From NCBI GenBank assembly GCA_965205855.1, contig OZ242184.1, positions 959,454 to 1,023,453 on the forward strand: 64,000 bases of DNA. The letters are read 5' to 3'. The notes beneath the pieces were generated by a model. That model ran no database searches. It had not been told where the DNA came from and saw nothing but the letters and a program-made list of their open reading frames with translations. The stretch's first letter is position 1. The number at the start of each line of letters is the position of its first letter. This document shows, in pieces, positions 1 to 12,585 of the stretch. The translations under genes and the position numbers were made by a program. Origin of the DNA: Thermodesulfobacteriota bacterium (GTDB lineage: Bacteria; Desulfobacterota_D; UBA1144; Nemesobacterales; Mycalebacteriaceae).

Positions 1-2557
<2,557 letters not shown>

Positions 2558-2559
2558 AA

Positions 2560-4248
2560 TCATTCACTCAAGACCGCCCCTTCGCGCCTCGGGTCAGCAC
2601 CACCGCGAATGCCCGCGTCCGTGAACTCAATGCCGTGAAGCCCACTTCTCAGTTCAGTTATTTTCACCTCATGACCGAGTTTTCTCAATCCGCTAGCGAG
2701 GTTCTCCGCCTGCGTGCCGAGTTCCAGTTCGGTTTTTCCGTTACGGTTTGCGTAATGCGGAAGGCTGACGGCGGACTGAACATCAAGCCCCCAATCCAGA
2801 ACCGCCACAATCGCGCGGGCAACATAGTTAATTATCCGGCTTCCACCGGGAGACCCTATTATAAGACGCAAATTCCCTTCAAGGTCAAAAACAACCATTG
2901 GAGACATCGAACTTCTCGGTCTTTTTCCCGGCTCCACGCGGTTTGGAATCAGACAATCGTTTTTACCAAACGTGGAAAAAGAGAAATCGGTGAGCTGGTT
3001 GTTGAGCAGAAAACCTCCCGTCATTAGAGTCGAACCGAAGGCGTTCTCTATGCTCGCGGTCATTGAGACCGCGTTGCCCCGCCGGTCAACGGCCGAAATA
3101 TGGGTTGTTGAGGGAAATTCAAAAACTCCGCCGTTTTGCGCGTAACAACCTCCTTTGATTCCCGTGGATGCTTTTCCCATGTCCGCTCCCGGGTCTATCA
3201 GAGCCGAGCGTTTTTTCAGATACTCCGCGTCTGTCAGTTTTTCCGCCGGAACCGGATAGAAATCAGAGTCCGCCATATGGGAATTCCTGTCGGCGTAGGC
3301 GAGTTTTGCCGCCTGTGTAAAAAGGTGCGCCGCTTCAACGGACATGGGACGCAAGGAGGCCACGTCAAATCGCTCAAGAAGTTTCAGTATTTGAATAACG
3401 GTCATCCCCCCGGAAGTCGGGGGACCCATACCGCACACAAGATACGAGCGATATAAAGAACATACGGGTTCGCGCGAGACGGCACGGTAGCCGCGAAGGT
3501 CCCGTATGGAAAGAATCCCTCCGGCGTTTTCAACCACGCCAACTATCCGGTGCGCCATTGCTCCATCGTAGAAAACGCTCGCACCACCGTTTGCCAGTTC
3601 CTCAAAAGTTTTTGCCAGTTGGGGATTTTTCAAAATTGAATTCACTGCGACGGGCTCTCCCGAAGGGGCAAAAAAATACAAACGCGCCTGCGCATATTTT
3701 CCAAGTCCGCGGCTTTGAAACTTTCCAATCAACCCGTTCAAAAGTGGGGAGACTCTGAAACCTTCTTTCGAAAGTTTGATTGCGGGTTGAAAAAGCTCCT
3801 TCCACTTGAGTTTTCCGTGCTTTTTATGAGCCTTACGGAGCATCGCAATCAAACCCGGGGTTCCCACCGAACGCCCGCCGACAACCGCGTCTTCCCATCG
3901 CATCGGCTTTCCGCCCGAAGCGAACAGGTTGCCGTCCGCAAATAGTGAAGCGGTTTCCCTACCATCAAAAGTTGTGAGATTGCGCGCGGGAGCGTCCCAG
4001 TGGAGAAGAAAACCCCCTCCTCCTATTCCGGCGGACTGCGGTTCCACAAGATTGAGAACCATCTGCGCCGCTATGACTGCATCCAGAGCGGAACCGCCTT
4101 TGCGGAGAATTTCGACCCCCGCGCGCGCGGCGCGTGGGTCCGCTGCACTTACCATGCCTTGATGATCGCCGGAACGCGCGGCAACGGCGTGAGAAAGAAA
4201 AAGGGCAAAAACGGAGACCGTTAACAAAAGGCACAAGTCAAACTTCAT
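2560..4248 (-). CDS. ggt: Gamma-glutamyltranspeptidase
   Basis: Signal peptide MKFDLCLLLTVSVFALFLSHAVA. Autoprocessing Thr context FEFPSTTHISAVD. About 560 aa, typical of Ggt. Start moved to Met10 of the tracked ORF. Confidence 0.9.
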   Translation of the reverse strand: MKFDLCLLLTVSVFALFLSHAVAARSGDHQGMVSAADPRAARAGVEILRKGGSALDAVIAAQMVLNLVEPQSAGIGGGGFLLHWDAPARNLTTFDGRETASLFADGNLFASGGKPMRWEDAVVGGRSVGTPGLIAMLRKAHKKHGKLKWKELFQPAIKLSKEGFRVSPLLNGLIGKFQSRGLGKYAQARLYFFAPSGEPVAVNSILKNPQLAKTFEELANGGASVFYDGAMAHRIVGVVENAGGILSIRDLRGYRAVSREPVCSLYRSYLVCGMGPPTSGGMTVIQILKLLERFDVASLRPMSVEAAHLFTQAAKLAYADRNSHMADSDFYPVPAEKLTDAEYLKKRSALIDPGADMGKASTGIKGGCYAQNGGVFEFPSTTHISAVDRRGNAVSMTASIENAFGSTLMTGGFLLNNQLTDFSFSTFGKNDCLIPNRVEPGKRPRSSMSPMVVFDLEGNLRLIIGSPGGSRIINYVARAIVAVLDWGLDVQSAVSLPHYANRNGKTELELGTQAENLASGLRKLGHEVKITELRSGLHGIEFTDAGIRGGADPRREGAVLSE

Positions 4249-4522
4249 AATCAACCACATTTCTGTCAGTAGCAATTTTTTTGAGAAAATCCGCCACTTT
4301 TACATGGTCGGGATGTTTCTGGTAGGCGGCAAGCGAATCCGTGTCATCAAATACCGAATACAGAACGACATCGGCTGCGGCCGGCGAAGGATTGAAGTTG
4401 ATTCCGACTTCAATCTCTTTTATTTGCGGTATCTTCCCGGAAAGCCCCTCAAGCATTACCTTCAGCGCCAGAGCGTTGCTTTCCTTGTCTTTCAGCTTCC
4501 ACATAACAATGTGCTTTATCAT
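4238..4522 (-). CDS. Stress-responsive A/B-barrel (Dabb) domain protein
   Basis: 94 aa starting MIKHIVMWKLKD and containing AYQKHPDHVKV, which matches the Dabb family pattern. Confidence 0.7.
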   Translation of the reverse strand: MIKHIVMWKLKDKESNALALKVMLEGLSGKIPQIKEIEVGINFNPSPAAADVVLYSVFDDTDSLAAYQKHPDHVKVADFLKKIATDRNVVDYEV

Positions 4523-4532
4523 TTTTTTCCTC

Positions 4533-4895
4533 CTATGCTTCTTTGAGTGATTTCACAAAAAACCAAAGCCTCCTTCTTGTGTTCCTTCCCCATGACGGAA
4601 GTATAAAAACAAAATTACCTCTAATAAAACGTCCCGAACCTCCGCTGACCGTAAAATCAACTTTGCCTTTGCTCTCTATGTTTATAAGGACATTGCCGCT
4701 TTCAACCAAATCCGGAGAGGAGCACAACGGGCGGGTTTTTACATCCGCGTCGGGACAAATTTCCACAGCGAGCCGTTTTTCCCTCGGTTTAAAAGGGTCA
4801 AGAAACGGTATTATCCAAGCCCTTTCCCCGACAAAAAGGACAAGATGAGGTTTTTCCGTTTCTTTTTTATAGAGGAAGAATTTCGTCATTTTCAC
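4533..4895 (-). CDS. Hypothetical protein
   Basis: 120-aa ORF co-directional with its neighbours. No recognisable motif. Confidence 0.35.
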   Translation of the reverse strand: MKMTKFFLYKKETEKPHLVLFVGERAWIIPFLDPFKPREKRLAVEICPDADVKTRPLCSSPDLVESGNVLINIESKGKVDFTVSGGSGRFIRGNFVFILPSWGRNTRRRLWFFVKSLKEA

Positions 4896-5733
4896 GCAAA
4901 ATTATCAAAAGCCCTTTCAAAGTGAGCAGACTGTCAACTTGTGAGACAGTTTCACATTCACCTGCAATAACGGACGCGAAACCACCCGTTACGACAACAC
5001 AAGGAGCTTCGTCTCCCATCTCGAAGGAGAGAGAGCGAACCATTCCGTCAACCATCCGTGCGTAACCGAGCATTGTTCCGGATTTTATGCAGTCTTCAGT
5101 GTTTCTTCCGATAACCGAGGGAGGAAATTCAAGAGGCGTTTGCGGAAGTGCGGGAGCACCTCGCGCAAGCGCGTCACGGAACAATTCCAAACCCGCCGTT
5201 ATTGCGCCGCCGACGTAACAGCCATCGTGAGAAACACAGTCAAAAGTCGTCGCGGTCCCAAGGTCAACCGCGATACAGGACCGTCGGCACAGGGCAAACA
5301 GAGCGGCGGCGTTTGCAAGCCGGTCAATTCCAAGCATACGCGGATTTTGGTATGAAACTTCAATTCCCGCTTTCATTCCGCAATCGGCGACAAAAGGCGC
5401 GATTCCGAAAGCGTCTTCAACAGCGCACGCGGCGGTTTGCGAAAAACCGCCGGCGACCGACCCTATAACCGCCTTCGCCGGAGCGGAATGAAACTCCCCG
5501 GACAGCATACCGGCGAGTTCCGCCGCCGTGCAGGAAAGCGGGCACTCAACATGCCCCTCGGCTTCCCAATGTTCCAACGACACTTCGCAGTTGCGGAAAA
5601 CCGCCGCGTCAACACTCGTATTACCGATATCAACCGCCAGAAAAGTATGTTTGTTGCTTTTATCCGTGTGCAAAACCGTATATATTTTAACACCATCACA
5701 GAATTGGCAAGAGCGGTATCCGCAATTTGTCAA
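4867..5733 (-). CDS. coaX: Type III pantothenate kinase
   Basis: FLAVDIGNTSVDAAVF phosphate-1 motif and AVDLGTATTFD motif. The true start may lie downstream of the tracked start. Confidence 0.85.
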   Translation of the reverse strand: MTNCGYRSCQFCDGVKIYTVLHTDKSNKHTFLAVDIGNTSVDAAVFRNCEVSLEHWEAEGHVECPLSCTAAELAGMLSGEFHSAPAKAVIGSVAGGFSQTAACAVEDAFGIAPFVADCGMKAGIEVSYQNPRMLGIDRLANAAALFALCRRSCIAVDLGTATTFDCVSHDGCYVGGAITAGLELFRDALARGAPALPQTPLEFPPSVIGRNTEDCIKSGTMLGYARMVDGMVRSLSFEMGDEAPCVVVTGGFASVIAGECETVSQVDSLLTLKGLLIILRENDEILPL

Positions 5734-5751
5734 ATACCGGGAGACATTTAA

Positions 5752-5940
5752 ATGGTTAACGACAAGGCGATTTTTGATGTGCGGATAGTGAAAAGAAACA
5801 TTTCTGAGGGCGCTACCTCAGAAAAAAATTATCAAAAAAAACTCAGTGAACTGAAAGACTCAAGCGACAACGCGGAGTTTTTCTCGATTGAAGAAGAATC
5901 GGTTGAAGAACCGGAAACACCGGAGAAAGAGACAGAATGA
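5752..5940 (+). CDS. Small acidic hypothetical protein
   Basis: 62-aa ORF whose stop overlaps the start of the next ORF (ATGA at 5937). Confidence 0.3.
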   Translation: MVNDKAIFDVRIVKRNISEGATSEKNYQKKLSELKDSSDNAEFFSIEEESVEEPETPEKETE

Positions 5941-6146
5941 GAAAGTGGCAGTATAAAATTGTGCCTCTAAAGAGTATTTTTGAGAACTCATCCGACCACA
6001 ACATAGACGTATCGATTGAGGAAGGAAAAACGAAATCGGAAAAGACAAGAAGCGGAATGGAGAAAAAACTGAATGAACTAGGAAACGAGGGCTGGGAACT
6101 TACCTGCGCGTTCGGAGAGTTTGTTCTTTTGAAGAAAGAAGAATAG
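5937..6146 (+). CDS. DUF4177-like small protein
   Basis: Starts MRKWQYKIVPLK and ends GNEGWELTCAFGEFVLLKKEE. Assignment to the DUF4177 pattern is from memory. Confidence 0.55.
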   Translation: MRKWQYKIVPLKSIFENSSDHNIDVSIEEGKTKSEKTRSGMEKKLNELGNEGWELTCAFGEFVLLKKEE

Positions 6147-6388
6147 AAACGGAAATAACAGACTTCACGCCAATTCAATCAATTTGAATGGCGGAGTTTT
6201 GCCAGCCTGACACGCTTCTCTTCAGCCATAAGAAAAACCTTACTCCCACTCAACTGTCTATCTGGCGTAACACACTGTAAACATTACGCTTTATTTTTAC
6301 TTGGTAACAAAACAAGCCTTTCTCAATATAATCAATGGACTGCCAGTAAACACCTATTGCTCTATTCCGATGCTTTTGAGTTCCTTCC

Positions 6389-6865
6389 TCAAACAGTCCC
6401 AAACGTGTTGTCTTTTTTGAAATGAAGAACAGTGCCAGACTCGATGCCTAATATCTGGAAGTTGAAACGCTCTTCTCCCCTCTTTGCACTGTCTAATGCT
6501 TGGGAGTCTTGAGGTGTTTCTACGATTTCACCTGTCGGAGTAATATTCTTTCCGTCCATTACCTCTGCAATCTCAAGAAGTGATTTTGCTCTTTCTGGGG
6601 TGGTGTTGAAAAACTCTCTATTCTGTCTAATGCGGCAGTCGTCCAAACCTTGATGCATTTTTTTCTAAATGACAGATGCGTCTGGAACTTCCACTGCGTA
6701 AAAACACTCAAATGGAAGCGCTACGCTAGTGTTGTTCAGTTGTTTGATGCGCTGTTCAAGATTGTCAGTAATTTCAATCTTTATTGTGTCAGGCATACAT
6801 TCACTAGTGAGTATGCAAACGATTGGCGTCTTCCAACGCCCCGACTGGAAAAAGTTTGTTACCAA
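6389..6865 (-). pseudogene. Accessory ORF interrupted by one in-frame TAG (66 aa + stop + 2 codons + 89 aa)
   Basis: ORFs 6665..6865 and 6389..6658 are in the same frame (6865-6658=207). They are separated only by TAG (complement of 6665-6667) followed by AAA AAA ATG. The region looks AT-rich by eye. No family recognised. Confidence 0.35.
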
Positions 6866-7073
6866 GTGCTTAGCAGTATATTTAAAATACTAAAGAACTG
6901 ATTTAACTACGTTTTTAAGATAATACATCATTCTACAGAGTAGCCTGTCTACTTGGCAAAAAGGTTAACAACTGAGAAAATTAAGTTATTGAATTTATTA
7001 CATAAAAAATACAGAAAATTAAATCGTCTACCAATTTAACTATTTGTTTTTATTGTATTTTTATGACCGTGGG

Positions 7074-8621
7074 TCATTCCCACTCAATAGTCCCCGGCGG
7101 TTTTGTGGAAATGTCATAAACCACCCTTCCCACTCCTTCAATCTCGTTGATTATGCGCGTTGAGGTTTTTTCAAGAACCCCGGAAGGGATCTTCGCCCAG
7201 TCCGCGGTCATTCCATCTGTGCTTGTTACGGCTCTGAGCGCGATAACATTGTCGTAGGTTCGTTTGTCTCCCATAACCCCGACAGTGCGCACCGGAAGAA
7301 AAACCGCAAAAGCCTGCCAGATGTCGCCGTATATTCTGGCATTGCGTATCTCTTCAATAAATATGGCGTCCGCGCGTTTGAGCACGTCAAGAGAATCAGG
7401 CGTAACCTCTCCGAGAATTCTTATCGCAAGCCCCGGCCCCGGAAACGGATGACGGTCAAGGATGATGGACGGAAGGCCAAGATGCCGTCCCACATCCCTC
7501 ACTTCGTCCTTGAAAAGCTCGCGCAGTGGCTCAACAAGCCGCAGATTCATCTTTTCCGGCAATCCACCCACGTTGTGATGGCTTTTGATGGTAACGGCGG
7601 AACCGTGCGCGCTCGCGCTTTCTATCACATCCGGATAAAGCGTTCCTTGAGCGAGAAAATCGGCGTTTTCTATGTTTTTCGCCTCGCGCTCAAAAACCGA
7701 TATGAACTCACGCCCGATAATTTTCCTCTTTGCCTCCGGATCTGAGACGCCCTTGAGCTTTTCAAGAAAACGCTCGCGCTCATTGACGCGCACAACTTCA
7801 ATTCCCGCTTTGTCAAACATCTCAACAACCTCGTCGCCCTCATTAAGACGCAAAAGCCCGGTGTCAACAAAAATACAGACAAGCGATTTACCCACCGCTT
7901 TGCGCACAAGCGCCGCTGTTACGGAAGAATCAACCCCGCCCGAAAGCCCACATATCACGCGCGACGGGCTAATTTGCTTGCGAATTGCGGCAACAGACTG
8001 CTCAATAAACGCCTCGGATGTCCATAACTTGTCGCAACCGGAGATTTTGAACAGGAAGTTGGAAAGCATCTTCATTCCCTCGCGAGTATGCACCACTTCG
8101 GGATGAAATTGAGTTCCAAATATCTTCCTTGCCGGGTATTTGATGGCCGCCGCGGGAGTATTGGAACTTCTTGCGGTAACAACAAAACCTTCAGGCAATT
8201 GCGCAACCTTGTCTCCGTGAGACATCCATACATCGGAAGAGCCGGAAAAACCGGAAAACAACCCGTCCGTATCGGTTATGTCTATGGATGCGGGGCCAAA
8301 CTCTCTTTTGTAAGAACTCTCAATCTCTCCTCCAAACATACGGACGAGAATCTGCATCCCATAGCATATTCCGAGAAACGGAACCGGAATCTCAACAATC
8401 CCACCGTCAAGCTCCGCCGCACCCGTATCCCATACGCTTGAGGGGCCGCCCGAAAGAACTATCGCGCGGGGGGATATTTTACGGACTTCATCCGCCGTAA
8501 TTGTATGAGGTTTTATCTCCGAGAAAACGCCTTGCTCGCGGATGCGGCGGGCTATCAGTTGTGTATATTGAGACCCGAAATCAATTACCAGAACGGTTTG
8601 TTTCATATTATTGTCCACCAA
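7074..8621 (-). CDS. guaA: GMP synthase (glutamine-hydrolysing)
   Basis: GATase motif GICYGMQ, ATP-PPase P-loop GLSGGVDSSV, C-terminal GTIEWE. Confidence 0.95.
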   Translation of the reverse strand: MVDNNMKQTVLVIDFGSQYTQLIARRIREQGVFSEIKPHTITADEVRKISPRAIVLSGGPSSVWDTGAAELDGGIVEIPVPFLGICYGMQILVRMFGGEIESSYKREFGPASIDITDTDGLFSGFSGSSDVWMSHGDKVAQLPEGFVVTARSSNTPAAAIKYPARKIFGTQFHPEVVHTREGMKMLSNFLFKISGCDKLWTSEAFIEQSVAAIRKQISPSRVICGLSGGVDSSVTAALVRKAVGKSLVCIFVDTGLLRLNEGDEVVEMFDKAGIEVVRVNERERFLEKLKGVSDPEAKRKIIGREFISVFEREAKNIENADFLAQGTLYPDVIESASAHGSAVTIKSHHNVGGLPEKMNLRLVEPLRELFKDEVRDVGRHLGLPSIILDRHPFPGPGLAIRILGEVTPDSLDVLKRADAIFIEEIRNARIYGDIWQAFAVFLPVRTVGVMGDKRTYDNVIALRAVTSTDGMTADWAKIPSGVLEKTSTRIINEIEGVGRVVYDISTKPPGTIEWE

Positions 8622-8687
8622 ACTCCCTTGTCCGGAAAAGATTGGAGATTATAGCAGACTGCCGAGCCATTCTCATTCGATCGGGTT

Positions 8688-9266
8688 TCACTTGCACATT
8701 TTATGGCGAAAACAGTCCGTAATGTGGTCGTTCACAAGACCCGCAGACTGCATATAAGCGTAGATTATTGTAGTTCCGACAAAGGACATTCCGCGTTTTT
8801 TCAAATCGCTTGAAAGGGCATCGGACTCTCTTGTGCGCGTGGGAAGTTGAGACTGTGTCTTCCACTTGTTGACTTTGGGTTTTCCGCCCGTAAAACGCCA
8901 TACATAAGAGTCAAAAGAGCCAAACTCTTTTTGAATCTCAAGAAAAATACGGGCGTTTTTGATTGCGGAGCAAATTTTCAGCCGGTTGCGGACAATGCCC
9001 GAATCCGCAAGAAGTTTGTTTATCTCGGCATCTGTGTAGTGGGCTATTTTTTCCGGGTCAAAACCGTCAAAAGCGGCGCGGTAGTTTTCGCGTTTCTTCA
9101 AAATAGTCTGCCAGCTCAGCCCCGCCTGTGCGCCGTCAAGAAGAAGAAACTCAAAATGGCGACAGTCATCATGAAGAGGAGTTCCCCATTCGCTGTCATG
9201 ATAGCGGGCAAGCAAGTCGCTTTTTGACGCCCATGGACACCGTTTTCTTCCGTCCGGGCTTTCCAC
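8688..9266 (-). CDS. tag: DNA-3-methyladenine glycosylase I
   Basis: CPWASKSDLLARYHDSEWGTPLHDD, which is the Tag signature. Confidence 0.9.
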   Translation of the reverse strand: MESPDGRKRCPWASKSDLLARYHDSEWGTPLHDDCRHFEFLLLDGAQAGLSWQTILKKRENYRAAFDGFDPEKIAHYTDAEINKLLADSGIVRNRLKICSAIKNARIFLEIQKEFGSFDSYVWRFTGGKPKVNKWKTQSQLPTRTRESDALSSDLKKRGMSFVGTTIIYAYMQSAGLVNDHITDCFRHKMCK

Positions 9267-9270
9267 TCTT

Positions 9271-10761
9271 TTACTCTATCCTGTAGTTCGGCGCTTCGCG
9301 GGTGATTATCACATCATGGACATGTCCTTCTCTCTGCCCCGCACCTGTTACTTGGACAAATTTTGAATGTTTTTTGAGCTTCTCTATATCCGTACAACCG
9401 ACATATCCCATGCCCGACCTTAATCCGCCGACTATCTGATATACAATCGCTCCGAGACTGCCCCTGTATGGGACTCTGCCCTCTATGCCTTCGGGAACAA
9501 GTTTTCCCGTTTCCACCACTTTTTCCTGAGAGTATCTGTCGCGGCTTTGCCCTCCGCGCATTGACTCAATCGAGCCCATTCCCCTGTAAACTTTGTAGGT
9601 TCTCCCCTGAAACAGAACCACCTCTCCGGGCGCCTCATCGGTTCCCGCGAAAATATTTCCCATCATCACAGATGACGCACCGAATGCAATTGCCTTTACC
9701 ACATCCCCGGAAAACTTCACCCCACCGTCCGCTATGACCGGAATCCCACGGCGACGCGCGACTGAATACACATCCGAAACCGCCGTTATTTGAGGCATTC
9801 CCACGCCCGCGACAACTCTTGTCGTGCAGATTGAGCCGGGACCGACACCCACCTTCAGAGCGTCCGCGCCGGCTTCCATAAGAACCTTCGCGGCTTCTGC
9901 GGTCGCTATATTGCCCGCCACAACCTCAATACCGGAAAAGTTGGATTTAATCTCTCTAACACTTTCAATAACTCTTTGTGAATGCGCGTGCGCCGTATCA
10001 ACAAAAATCACATCACAACCGGCGGCTTTGACCTTCTCAACCCTTTCATCCCTGTCAGAACTGACTCCGACTGCCGCCGCGCACCTAAGCCTTCCCAAAC
10101 CGTCCTTTGACGCGGTGGGAAACTTTCTTATCTTCTCTATGTCCTTCATTGTTATCATTCCCTTGAGGCGGAACTTTGAATCTACCACGGGTAGTTTCTC
10201 AATGCGGAATTTATGAAGCAAAGCGGTCGCTTTGTCGGTTGTAATCTTCCCCTCTCTTACGGTAACAAGTTTGTCCTTCGGCGTCATTATCTCTTTGACC
10301 AAACGGGAGACACGTTTCTCAAACCTTAAATCCCGATTGGTTATGATGCCGACAAGAACTCCGTCATTCTCGGTTACCGGAAGACCGGTTATGGAGTTTG
10401 AGTTCATGATTTCCAGAGCGTTCTTAGCCGTATGGGAGGGGCGGACGGTAAGCGGGTTGACTATCATTCCGCTTTCGTATTTTTTTACTTTTTCCACCTC
10501 CGCCGCCTGGGAATCCACGGCAAGATTTCTGTGAATTACGCCAATCCCGCCCTCCTGAGCCATAGATATGGCGGTTTTGGATTCGGTAACGGTGTCCATC
10601 GCCGCGCTGATAAGCGGAATATTCAGTTTTATTGATTTTGTAAGCGAGGTTGAAACATCAACCTCGTCAGGGAGAACCGCAGAATAAGACGGAACAAGCA
10701 GTATGTCGTCAAATGTGAGGGTTTGTTCAACTTTTTTGTCCGGCATCTTCAAACTCCGCAT
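9271..10761 (-). CDS. guaB: IMP dehydrogenase
   Basis: Catalytic loop [16 protein letters not shown], an inserted CBS pair, and GGLRSGMGY near the C-terminus. Confidence 0.95.
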   Translation of the reverse strand: MRSLKMPDKKVEQTLTFDDILLVPSYSAVLPDEVDVSTSLTKSIKLNIPLISAAMDTVTESKTAISMAQEGGIGVIHRNLAVDSQAAEVEKVKKYESGMIVNPLTVRPSHTAKNALEIMNSNSITGLPVTENDGVLVGIITNRDLRFEKRVSRLVKEIMTPKDKLVTVREGKITTDKATALLHKFRIEKLPVVDSKFRLKGMITMKDIEKIRKFPTASKDGLGRLRCAAAVGVSSDRDERVEKVKAAGCDVIFVDTAHAHSQRVIESVREIKSNFSGIEVVAGNIATAEAAKVLMEAGADALKVGVGPGSICTTRVVAGVGMPQITAVSDVYSVARRRGIPVIADGGVKFSGDVVKAIAFGASSVMMGNIFAGTDEAPGEVVLFQGRTYKVYRGMGSIESMRGGQSRDRYSQEKVVETGKLVPEGIEGRVPYRGSLGAIVYQIVGGLRSGMGYVGCTDIEKLKKHSKFVQVTGAGQREGHVHDVIITREAPNYRIE

Positions 10762-10778
10762 AGGAATATGAACGGCTG

Positions 10779-11315
10779 TTATTTCTTCCCCGCCGCTTTC
10801 CGGTTGGTTTTTCTCGCGGTTGCGGAAGAGGTTTTTGGGGTTACGGATTTCTCGGATGATTTCTTTGCGGCGGGGAGGTTCTTTTTCGCAGATGCAGACT
10901 TCACCGGAGTCTTGGTCTTATTTGAAGAGGTTGCTTTTTGAGACAGTTTTTTCGGAGCTGTCTTTTTCGGAGACGGTTTCTTGGAAGGCGATTTTTTCGG
11001 CGCCGTAACGGCGAGTTTGGAATTGGTATCGCCAGACGGCTTTTGAGTGAAGATATCCACCACCTTTTCCCGCAACTCCGAATGAGCAACGGTAAGTTCT
11101 ATCTCAATCTCCTGAGTCTTTTCGCCAACCACTACAAAAACCGGCATTATGCCTATAAAAGTTGTTCTTTTTTTGTCGCTGTCAACCTTCTCAAAATCAA
11201 GCGCCGTCATCAGTTTCTTCGGAAGTCCCTGCAATATGGTTTCGCCAAGATGAATGCTCTGTTGAGGAAGGAGCCCGTCCTGACTTATACTGAGTTTTAT
11301 AACAGTAGGTTTCAT
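10779..11315 (-). CDS. Hypothetical protein with a Lys/Ser/Pro/Ala-rich histone-H1-like C-terminal tail
   Basis: An N-terminal module of about 100 aa is followed by [74 protein letters not shown]. Confidence 0.55.
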   Translation of the reverse strand: MKPTVIKLSISQDGLLPQQSIHLGETILQGLPKKLMTALDFEKVDSDKKRTTFIGIMPVFVVVGEKTQEIEIELTVAHSELREKVVDIFTQKPSGDTNSKLAVTAPKKSPSKKPSPKKTAPKKLSQKATSSNKTKTPVKSASAKKNLPAAKKSSEKSVTPKTSSATARKTNRKAAGKK

Positions 11316-11464
11316 AAGCGAAATTAAGAAGATAGAACCTTAACAAAAACCGGATTCCAAATCAAGAAGAAATACGGCGCCTGTTTTAAACGGTTGACAG
11401 GAATGTGGTAAGAACTTGCGAAAAAAATACTGACATATAGTATGATGAACGGAAACATCACGGA

Positions 11465-12415
11465 ATGAATAACAAACTGTTTCAAAAAATTCAGAAAGAG
11501 CTTGACAAGCACATAATCGGTCACAAGGAAGTAAAAACCGCTTTGTTGCTTGGCATTCTATCAAGAGAGCACATCTATATTGAGGGCCCCCCCGGAACCG
11601 CGAAGACTATGCTTTCCGAGATTATAGCGTCCTGCGCTCAACTGAAGTTTTTCTTTTACCAGCTTCACAGAGACACAAGGCTTTCCGAGCTTGTGGGAGA
11701 CATGGTCATTTCAAAGGAAACAAATGATGACGAGGAGATAATCCGGCAGAAGATAGTCAAAGGGGGAATCCTGACCGCGGAAATATGCCTCCTTGACGAC
11801 ATATCAAGGGCCCCCGGAGAATCCCTGAATGTGCTTCTCCGAATCCTGAATGAGAGGAAATTCTTTGAAGACCCGCTGCCGCTTATGACGGCGATAGCAA
11901 CAAGCAATCCAACCGCCGATGAATACTACAACGAACCGCTTGACCCGGCCAATCTGGACAGATTTGTGTTGCAGATAAAATCTGTCGGCACATCTTATAA
12001 ACGCGACTGGAAAACCGCAGACAACATTATTTCCCTCTACTCGGACAAGGATGAGAAGACGGAAGTCGCAAGGATACTAGACAGGCGTATGCTTGACGAA
12101 CTGCACGACAGGGTCAAAGCGACGCCGATATCCAAAAAGGTACAACAGGGGCTCAGAGAATTCATCCGCATTCTTGTTGAGGAATACGGGCTGAATGAGA
12201 CTAACTCGCTTATTTCGGACAGAACCTTCCTTGTAAAAGCGCTTAAAATAATAAAGGCGCATGCGGTTTTAAACGGAAGAAAATCATGCGTGATGCAAGA
12301 CCTTGAAGTATTGAAATACATTACCGTTTTCCGCATTCCACCTGAAGTCTACGAGCAGATTGACGCCATTTTGGAACAGATTAACAGTAAAAAAAAAAGC
12401 CAGAAGAACGGCTGA
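11465..12415 (+). CDS. MoxR-family AAA+ ATPase
   Basis: Walker A GPPGTAKT, Walker B LLDDISRA. About 316 aa, typical of MoxR/CoxD-like ATPases. Confidence 0.85.
   Translation: MNNKLFQKIQKELDKHIIGHKEVKTALLLGILSREHIYIEGPPGTAKTMLSEIIASCAQLKFFFYQLHRDTRLSELVGDMVISKETNDDEEIIRQKIVKGGILTAEICLLDDISRAPGESLNVLLRILNERKFFEDPLPLMTAIATSNPTADEYYNEPLDPANLDRFVLQIKSVGTSYKRDWKTADNIISLYSDKDEKTEVARILDRRMLDELHDRVKATPISKKVQQGLREFIRILVEEYGLNETNSLISDRTFLVKALKIIKAHAVLNGRKSCVMQDLEVLKYITVFRIPPEVYEQIDAILEQINSKKKSQKNG
12389..12398 (+). other. A10 homopolymer at the MoxR 3' end; candidate -1 slippage site
   Basis: The sequence AGT AAA AAA AAA AGC is read directly. The -1 frame is open from 12391 through the VWA gene. Confidence 0.4.
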
Positions 12416-12585
12416 ACCAACCTCAGGAACAAGAACCGGAACCACAGTCCGAATTTGACAAAGATATCCAAGACAAGGAAAAAGAGGAAATTCCCGACGA
12501 AGACTCCGAGAAGGAGGGGGAAGAACAACATGAAGACGCCCGCGAGACATTTTTTCAGGTTCTGAAAGACCTTAGGGAAGAGAAG

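Noticed and set aside
10820-11327. Plus-strand ORFs (62-129 aa) overlapping the H1-tail protein gene
   Set aside because: Their Arg/Phe-rich translations are the antisense image of the Lys-rich tail and are not credible genes.
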